A stretch of 58,027 nucleotides of DNA, taken from positions 781,390 through 839,416 of the forward strand of contig WELB01000030.1 in assembly GCA_009602725.1 (NCBI GenBank), written 5' to 3'. This DNA comes from Spirogloea muscicola. Lineage: Eukaryota. The notes beneath the pieces are model-generated. The model searched no databases. It had not been told where the DNA came from and saw only the letters and a list, made by a program, of their open reading frames with translations. A program made the position numbers and the translations under genes. Every line of letters begins with the position of its first letter. Positions within the stretch are counted from its first letter, which is position 1. Positions 50,230 to 58,027 of this stretch are shown in pieces.

Positions 50230-50889
50230 CATAGAATTAGACAGGCAGAGCGTGTAAATGCTAGCCCGGCATTTGTATGGCAATCCACCTTACGCAGCTA
50301 GCCTGCTGTGACATCTACCATCCCCACCTGAAGCAGCTACCTCCTAATAATACTAGGAAGAGCCATTATGCAATTCTTTCAGTGTAGTCGGTCTTGACTA
50401 GACTGATAAGGCTGCAACACTGCACAATTTATGCTGTACAAGGGAACAATTTGCACCCTCCTGTTTGACTTTGATCTTCAAGAACCGCGTCATCCGAGAC
50501 CGAAGCTTCTTGGGTGTCAGGACATTGGTGTGGAGATGAAGCGAGACAATCTCATGATGGAACTCGTGTGAGGAGTGACACGATTGCATGTCCTTGCAGG
50601 GAGGCTCTTGCATCTGCCAGGCTTCATCATGCACAATCCGGATCAGGAAATGAAGATGACCACTTTATACTTTACAAGCATTTAGACAACATGGTGGCCA
50701 GCTTGACTTGCAGCCAAGCATCTCGCAAGCAGCTGCTACTTCAAGCTGAAGTTGAGCTAAGATGAGAGCGGCACCATGCTGATGTCAGCCATCCAGAGCA
50801 ACAATCTGTGTAAGCGATACAGCGACCGTGCAAGGAAGCTGGCCTGTGCACCGCTGCATGTACATGGCGTGCAGTGCACGTCCCCTATC

Positions 50890-51615
50890 TCATGAGCTGT
50901 CAAACCCAGACATGCCACACTGCTCGAGCTCGATCAGCACACCATGCGTGTCGCCGGGATTGAGGAAGAACACGGGGTTGTGGTGCGCGCCCAGCTTGGG
51001 ATTGCCGTCCCCAAGGATGCGCACGCTGCAGCTGCGCAAGTGGGCTGCCGCGCCTGTGATGCTGTCCACCTGCAGCGGCAGGCTTGCCTTGTCAAAGCAA
51101 GTGCCTGACAGGTTGCAAGGAGCAACTGGAAACGAGGGCAGGGTGAGGCAGCCTTCTTCTTGGCACGTCAATGGAGGTGCAGCTGGGCTGGCGTCGCAGC
51201 GGCAATGTGGGTCGTGGGGGCTTGCCCTCACGTTGAGGCAGACATGGTGGACGCCGCCGCGCGGGTTGCGGTCGAGGAACTTGGCCACGGGGCTGGCGGC
51301 GCCCAGCGGCTGCAGGAGCTCGATGGTGGCGCTGCCCAGCGCGGCGAACACCACGGTCACGCCGTGCTCCGGCAGGTCCTGCGCGCCCTCCCCACCTCCG
51401 CCATGGGCCATCAGGCCCCTCGCGCCGGGCAGCTGCCGCGGCCGAGATATGGCGGCTGGCGAGCTCGATCGGCGCGACGGGGTTTGAGGGTCAAAGGGTT
51501 TGGGGTTTAGGCGCACCCTGGGGCTGCTGACGCGCGCGCCCAGCGCCCGGCGGTAGTGCTCGGCGGCGGCGGCGGCGTCGGGCACGGCGATGGCGACGTG
51601 GTTGAGGCCCGAGAC
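50890..51615 (-). CDS. MCEE: Methylmalonyl-CoA epimerase (VOC superfamily); 5' end lost in gap
   Basis: Three GT-AG exons: LNHVAIAVPDAAAAAEHYRRALGARVS / LPEHGVTVVF..TIELLQPLG..SPVAKFLDRNPRGGVHHVCLN / VDSI...PKLGAHHNPVFFLNPGDTHGVLIELEQ. The His/His/Glu metal-ligand motifs of MCEE are present. Confidence 0.92.
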   Translation of the reverse strand, partial: VSGLNHVAIAVPDAAAAAEHYRRALGARVSSPRVRLNPKPFDPQTPSRRSSSPAAISRPRQLPGARGLMAHGGGGEGAQDLPEHGVTVVFAALGSATIELLQPLGAASPVAKFLDRNPRGGVHHVCLNVRASPHDPHCRCDASPAAPPLTCQEEGCLTLPSFPVAPCNLSGTCFDKASLPLQVDSITGAAAHLRSCSVRILGDGNPKLGAHHNPVFFLNPGDTHGVLIELEQCGMSGFDSS

Positions 51616-52014
51616 NNNNNNNNNNNNNNNNNNNNNNNNNNNNNNNNNNNNNNNNNNNNNNNNNNNNNNNNNNNNNNNNNNNNNNNNNNNNNNNNNNNNN
51701 NNNNNNNNNNNNNNNNNNNNNNNNNNNNNNNNNNNNNNNNNNNNNNNNNNNNNNNNNNNNNNNNNNNNNNNNNNNNNNNNNNNNNNNNNNNNNNNNNNNN
51801 NNNNNNNNNNNNNNNNNNNNNNNNNNNNNNNNNNNNNNNNNNNNNNNNNNNNNNNNNNNNNNNNNNNNNNNNNNNNNNNNNNNNNNNNNNNNNNNNNNNN
51901 NNNNNNNNNNNNNNNNNNNNNNNNNNNNNNNNNNNNNNNNNNNNNNNNNNNNNNNNNNNNNNNNNNNNNNNNNNNNNNNNNNNNNNNNNNNNNNNNNNNN
52001 NNNNNNNNNNNNNN
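51616..52014. other. Assembly gap (N run) covering the 5' end of MCEE and probably the 5' end of the GST
   Basis: Run of n between two divergent GC-rich coding segments. Confidence 1.
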
Positions 52015-53843
52015 GCCGCCGCCGCCGGCGCGGCAGCCGCGCCTACCGGCGCCCCGGCGGCACCGGCGGCGCCCGCGGCCATGGCGCCCTCCTGGGACTC
52101 CCTCGCAGGTACGCAGACGAGGATACGATGTCTTTCCCTTTGGCCTCTGCCCTCTGAACGAGGCCTAGCCGCTTGCCGATGCTCCCGCGCAGCAGCAGGT
52201 GCGGGGTGCCGCCAGACTGCGGCCCTGCGCCTGGCGGCACAGCCTCGTGGCGCAAGCTCTCCCGCATGCTCGGCTCTGTCCCACGTCGCCCGTCCTGATC
52301 TGCGCTCACAGATCAGGCAGACCGAGAGCTTTGGATTCACGGTGCCCGCTTTGGCTTCACAACTAGCAGCTCGCTGGCTGGCGAGGTGCGAGCGGCGCGT
52401 CCGATCAGGCAATAGATGACCGAATCGATTGCCGCCGGCGTGCAGAGATGGTGCCGAGCGAGGCCGTGGCAGCCCACCGGGCGCGCGTGCCGGCGGCCAA
52501 GGAGCGGCGCTTCGAGGCGCCCGAGGGCGGCGAGCCGCGCGTGGTGCTGTACCGCGACAACTCGGCGTGGTGCCCGTACTGCGAGCGCGTGTGGCTGCAG
52601 CTGGAGGAGAAGCGCGTGCCGTACCGCGTGGAGAAGGTGGCGATGCGGTGCTACGGCGACAAGCCCGCGTGGTACACGCAGATGGTGCCCTCGGGCCTCC
52701 TCCCAGCCGTCCACCTCGACGGCCAACTCATCACTGGTAACACTTGCCTGTGCCCACTTCGAGCCTCTGTCTCGCGACCAATTGCTGACGGCTATAGAGA
52801 TGCGCCGTTGCTTCACCAGCTTGACCAGCAGCGCCCTCGGTCGCCTGCCTTCGACAGAGTCGCTGGACATCATGCTGGCGCTGGAGCAGGAGCTCTCAGA
52901 CTGCAAGCCCCTGCTGCCGCAGCCGGGGACGCCAGAAGCGGCCCGCGTCAGCGGCCTGCTTCGCCTGGAGCGCCAGCTCTTTGGCGCCTGGCTGCAGTGG
53001 CTGACGAGCCCCTGGGGCAGCCGCCAGAAATTCGAGGCGACCATGGACGCCGTCGACGAGGCGCTTGGTGCCGCCGGCGGGCCGTACTTCCTCGGAAAGG
53101 AGGTGAGGGCATCAAGATCTTGGAGATTTGCTTCTCCATGAGCCGCATTCACGTCAGTGTCTTGATAAAACCTGCTTTATGCGTCATTCATGTTGCAGTT
53201 CACACTGGTGGATGCGGTCTTTGCACCGTTCCTGGAACGCATTGCACCGAGCATCGCATACTGGAAGGGCCTCGTTGTGCGCGGCTCCGGCAGGTGGCCA
53301 CACTTGGACCACTGGTTCGCCGCCATGGACGGACGCCCTGCATACAAGGCGGTCAAGTCCGACGACTTCGGCATCTGCCATAATCTCGAGCCGCAGATTG
53401 GGAGGTGTGCGCCGCTGCCCGATGGCGAGGCATATCGAGCCATGGTTGATGGCAAGGACGGGAGCTGGGACCTGCCGCTGCAAGAAGAAGCCACAGCTTG
53501 GGGCAGGGACAATGGCAGCGGCGCCGGCGGTGCCCGGGAGGAGGCAGCGGCAGCACTGTGTGAGAACCACGAGGCAATCGTCGGGTTTGCCCTTAGGGGC
53601 GTGCGTGATGGTGAGCAGTTTCGCAAAGAGGTCGATGCGGGCCTCCGCAGTGTGGTACTGGCGCTCCTGAAAGGCCCGGAGGCAGTGGTGAGTACTCGTG
53701 CCGGCCTGCCGAAGCAGGTGGCGGTGGCGGCAGCGTACCTGCGGGACCGTGTCGGTGTGCCTCGGGACATGGCCTACCCTGCAGCACGGCAGCTGCGGGC
53801 CCACCTCCAGCACCTTGTCCAAGACCTCAGTTCCAATCTTTGA
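52015..53843 (+). CDS. Cys-type glutathione S-transferase, iota-like (cyanobacterial/algal type)
   Basis: APSWDSLA / [58 protein letters not shown] / GGPYFLG / [15 protein letters not shown] / [24 protein letters not shown]. There is an in-frame ATG at 52081, but the Ala-rich frame continues upstream into the gap (possible transit peptide). Confidence 0.85.
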
Positions 53844-54709
53844 CCTTGCGATGGGGAAGGAGAGCGGGTGTTGATTGCTGAAGTCTGCTCAGCGCTTCCT
53901 CACACCCCAATTGAGCAGCATGCACTGAAAGCAGAACCCCTGGCTTGTACACATGTAAGAGGGTATTAATTGCAAGATCCGATTGGTGCAAGTTATTTGC
54001 CTCCTGCAGTCAGCGTGAGTCACCGTGTGGCTGGAGCCAGATCTTTGCTGCGGCGGCTCAGGGATGCATAGCAACAGGGCGTCCAATCATCAGTGAGATG
54101 TGCAGTGCCTTATACACTCGAAAGTGCCTTTTACGCAGGCCAACCATTAGTGGGTATTAGAAGCGCTGATGGAATTGCAAGGTGAGCGCCGAGGTTGACG
54201 TGCATGACTTCTTCAGGCCGACGAGTTTGGCAGCACTGGGCCGATAAAACATCTAACAAAGTCGCTCTAATTGGTTGATTATGGACTTCTGCCCAAACAG
54301 TGAAGCAGTCTACACGTACGGTGGGCCAGGAGCATGCTCTGTGTACTGCTATATTGAATGTAGGACTTTGATTATAACAATGAACCCCAGCACTGTGACA
54401 CAAGCCCGGAATACGCAGGTAGATGCACGAAGCAGGTGCGGCTTTGGCTGGTGGGCTGTGGGCGCAAGCCTTCCTGGTTCCTAACAAGGGGCAACAAGGG
54501 CAAGGGCTCGTGTGGGATCCGGGTTTGACCAGAACGACAAGCTTGTTGCTTAGCTTCTCCACTCTGGAGAGATAAGGTCTTCTGGAGGGTAAGGTGGTGG
54601 TGCTTAGACTGAGGCAGTTGGCTGCAGATTACCAGCCCAGGCGAGAGAACTAGCTGCTGAGCAGCCACCTCGTGGTCAGCCAAGCATTGCGCACTCATTC
54701 TTCAGGGCT

Positions 54710-55435
54710 TCATCTGGGAGCCGCTGTACCAGAAGCTGAGCTGCTTGGAGCTGCGGGCGGTTCTCTACTAGCACAACGTGCAGGGCGGAGGCTGTCAAGA
54801 CCAGGCCGCTTCCCGTGCTGCTCTCGGCGGCGGGCGGCGATCTGGCCAGGCAAGGGAGCCCAGGAGCACAGCAAGCTTACATTCCTAACGGCCCTGTTGC
54901 CATGTCGAGTAGTCCCAAGGAAGACCTCGAGCGGTACACATGAAGGCAACTGCTGCGAGCGGGCCCCATCTCGAGAGAAGTATACAAAGTGTCGGGGCAG
55001 GACGGCGCCGGCTGACGAGGCCGCAGCAAGCTAAGAGCTGCGAGCAGAGGACTGCACCAGCTCGATGCTCGCACGATAACACCGGAGCTCGGACAGGCTG
55101 GTGCACGGAGACGAGCCCCTGCGAGGGAGGGTTGAAGCAGCAGCGCCAGGACGACATATGGCTGCGCAGCTACGGTAGCAGGCTCACGAGCGTGGCCAAT
55201 CGCCGACAGCAGCGTGCTAAACGAGCAACCTTGGAGGCGCACCTGCGGCGCGCTCAGCGGCGGCCGCCGTGCAGGAGCGCGAGGCAGGCGAGGAGCTGCA
55301 GCCTCGGCTGCGCAGAGCGGCGGGGGAGGAGAGACGCGCGCTCCATACGCGGGCAGACGCCGTGGGGGCGCGCGGCGGAGGGGCGGGTGCTGGGGTGGAC
55401 AGAACACGGCTGCTAATATAATGATATATGATAAG
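54710..55435 (-). other. Possible unidentified transcription unit
   Basis: A GC/CpG-rich island follows a TA-rich box (55415-55433) and CACGTG (55455-55460). ATG 55346 opens MERASLLPRRSAQPRLQLLACLALLHGGRR*. Plausible splice donors lie at ~55242 and ~54880. No product is recognisable. Confidence 0.3.
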
Positions 55436-55629
55436 AGCGGCTGTAAGTGCCAACCACGTGCTTACAGGGTGCTCACACGGGCGGCAGGTGGGGGGAGGTA
55501 CAGCCCCGCGGGCTTTGATCGGCCGCCAGGACAGCTGGGCGGACGCCCCTGGTTGGGGGGGGGGGGGGGGGGGGAGGGGGGGTGTGGATCTCATGGGGCG
55601 GCGACCACGGGACTGCGTGCACACACGGG

Positions 55630-57780
55630 AGAGCAAGTGGGGCGTGCAAAGGGCCAAGGCCCGAGGCAAGACGTTGGTCATGCGCAAGGGACAAGAGAAG
55701 CGCAGAGTCTGGGGCTACATAGAGAACGACGATTCCTTTCATGCGTCGCGGTGCACATGAAGTAGAAGAGAGGCCACGTAAGCCTCAACACTGGTCAGGC
55801 AACCGCTAGTGCAAAGAGTGGGGCTGCATAAAGCGAAGGCCCTAAGGGGGGAGGCATGAGGTGCGCATGGAATGAAGCTGAGGCCAATGTAGGCCAATAC
55901 ACTGTTCAGGCGAAAGCAGGTGGGAAAACCAACGCAGTACACTTGCGGGCAGGCCGCGCTGTAGCTGCTGCTTCTAGGTCTCCTCGGGTGCCTCTCTCCA
56001 GCTGCAAGTTACTTCCGACTTGCTGCTGAGAACTCGGGGTTACTAAGCTCCCATCCTCTGTAGTCTCTTGCATTGCTGTGTGGTACAGGCGCCTTTTGGC
56101 CCTTTGGACCACCTGCACTCTTTCTGTTCTGGCATTCACAGCCCCTGCCTATCATCAAGAGAGCTGTTATCCTCAATGGGCGAGCCCCCTCTCTGTTATA
56201 TAAGAAGCTAGGGCTCCATGAGAAATGGAGCCCTATGCGAAGGGGTAAGGAAAGAAAGAAAGGGGGGCCAAGGAAACAGTGTGAATGGGTATGCAAGGCT
56301 ATGTAAAGGGACGTCAGTGCCAGCCCTAAGCCAGGAGGCGAGAGGGAGGGGGCGCGGCGCGGGCGCACGCGGGCCTGCCGCCGACCGACCAGCGCCAGAC
56401 CGGCGCGCCGGGTCCTGCGGGGCGCAGTGGAGAAGTGGCTCTCCCAAAAGAGAGGCGCGCTGAGCGCATGAAATGAAACGGGAGGCCAATTCAAGCCAAC
56501 ACATCGTTCAGGCAGACTCTAGTGACAAAGCAAACAAAGGGCTGAGGGGCGCAGTGGCTTGCCCGGGCAGGTGGGCAGGGCAGGTGGGCAAGTCGACGAC
56601 GTTGGGTGTAAATGGCGTCGGCGCTCCATCTCCACAGGCGTCGCGCGATCCGGTCAGAGGGCGCATGACGGCGACCTGCGCAGCAGGAGCCCCGGGCCTG
56701 GCGGCCCGCCCCCCGCGGCCGGCCTTATGGCCCTTCAGGTGACGGACAGGCGCCGACCGCGTGGGCTCCGCTCCGCCTCCCCTTTCCTCTTTCTTCCGCC
56801 ATCGGCGGAGAAAAAGGGGAAAAGATGAAGAAAGTGCTCGCCCATTGAGGATTTGGGCTGGAAAAGCCAGCCCAAATAAAAACGAACAAAGCGACGAGAA
56901 GGGAAAAGGCGGGCGGTGCACTAAAACGGGGGAGAGAGAGAAATAGAAGAGCGGGGGTGGGAGGCGGGCGGTGCGCTTTCCATGTGAGGGAGGCCAGATC
57001 AAGCTAATGCAGTCTGTGCGGGGCAAAGCCAGTGCAGAGTCTGGGGCTATGCATTTGGAGCCACAGCTAAGGTGAGCAATAGAAAGGCCAGCTCAACAGA
57101 GCCGGCTGAAGGGGGGCCCGTTGTGAGGACATGGGAATGGATACGATGGGGACCTGGAGCACGGCCAGCAGCCAGCGGGAAGGCCAGAGGAAAACTTTCC
57201 GTGTATTTGAAACAAACAAAAGGCCAAATGGCCAAGTACAAAGGCAAGCACATCTAGAGACGAAGAGGATACTAGCGGAGGGGCTAGCGGATGCGGCGCC
57301 GCGGCGCGGAGCAGCGGAGCGGGCGGCCCGCGGGCGGGCGCGCCGATCTGCGCGGCCCCGATTCCCGCGGATCGGGGGGCCGCGGCGGCCGCGGGGCGGG
57401 CAGCCTGTGGCCTGCCGCGCCTCACGTCGGGCTGCCGCAGGCCCGCCGGCGGCCCTCCGCCCCTCGCCATCGGAGGAAATTCGTGTATTTGAAGCAAACG
57501 AAGGCCAAATGGCCAAGTACAGAGGCAAGCACATCTAAGACCTTATATAACCTACAGCAGAATGACCCGCTCAGTAACCGCGGGTCAGAACATATCGTGC
57601 CCCCCCTGCCGGTTCCTTGTCAATTCTTCATCAAACCTTGTCAATCCTTTTCGGGGTGGCTCATCACAGCCCCTGCCCCCACTGGAAGAGCCACTCCTCT
57701 CCCTCTTGTTGGGTGCTCCTTTGTTTGGTCACTCAGTGCACGGGCTTGCTTTGGCCTCCCTCTCATGTGATGAATGAAGC
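55630..57780. mobile_element. Large stack of RLE non-LTR retrotransposon 3' tails (roughly 10 fragments, mostly minus strand)
   Basis: Minus-strand tails lie at ~55700, 55770-55835, 55850-55915, 56445-56520, 56830-56880, 56960-57050, 57192-57263 and 57477-57595 (LTRGY*). Plus-strand fragments lie at ~56025-56165 (TRGY*) and ~57645-57770. Confidence 0.8.
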
Positions 57781-57819
57781 CCCAAACAGGCGCTGGCATC
57801 ACTAACTACTAAAGGAGAT

Positions 57820-58027
57820 GCGGCGCGGTTTGACCACGGGATGCGCGCGGCCGGGCCGCTGACCGCGCGCCGCGCCTCGCCGGGGCGCGCTCCGGGCGCG
57901 GGGCGGCCGCCTCGCTTGATGCGCGCCCGGAGGGGTTTTCTGGCGGCCGGGGTTCGACCACGGGATGGGGAGCCGCTGATTGCGCGGCTCGCCTCGCCGG
58001 GGCGCGCTCCGGGCGCGGGGCGGCCGC
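57820..58027. repeat. GC-rich tandem repeat, ~120-bp period, running off the window end
   Basis: ggtt.gaccacgggatg occurs at ~57827 and ~57951. gcctcgccggggcgcgctccgggcgcggggcggccgc occurs at ~57873 and ~57991. Confidence 0.8.

Noticed and set aside
54500..54525. USE-like ATCCCACACG on the minus strand (snRNA or telomerase RNA promoter)
   Set aside because: No TATA box at the expected spacing, and no snRNA motif or telomere template seen downstream.

Overview
Eukaryotic, intron-rich genomic DNA, most consistent with a streptophyte green alga or other early-diverging plant. The evidence is PsaK, a plant-type SPIKE1 and DRP3 and an iota-type GST; the species cannot be determined from the sequence. 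Nine multi-exon genes are supported: POT1 (+), a single-pass Venus-flytrap/ANF-type receptor (-), ORC4 (-), PsaK (+), SPIKE1/DOCK GEF (-), DRP3 (-), EMC1 (+), methylmalonyl-CoA epimerase (-) and an iota-like GST (+). There is also one unidentified possible transcription unit and two assembly gaps. The most striking unexplained structure is intergenic. Each large spacer holds a stack of 5'-truncated copies of at least three related non-LTR retrotransposon subfamilies that encode a restriction-like endonuclease (RLE) and share the C-terminus DLxxLxRGY*. I saw no poly(A) tails and no copies in introns. The copies insert into each other with short CCTCT(C)-like target duplications, one subfamily has a conserved hairpin around its stop codon, and the 3' ends mostly point outward toward the flanking genes. 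A 140-bp Tourist/PIF-type MITE lies upstream of the receptor gene. All protein identities come from motif recognition by eye, and exon boundaries are approximate.
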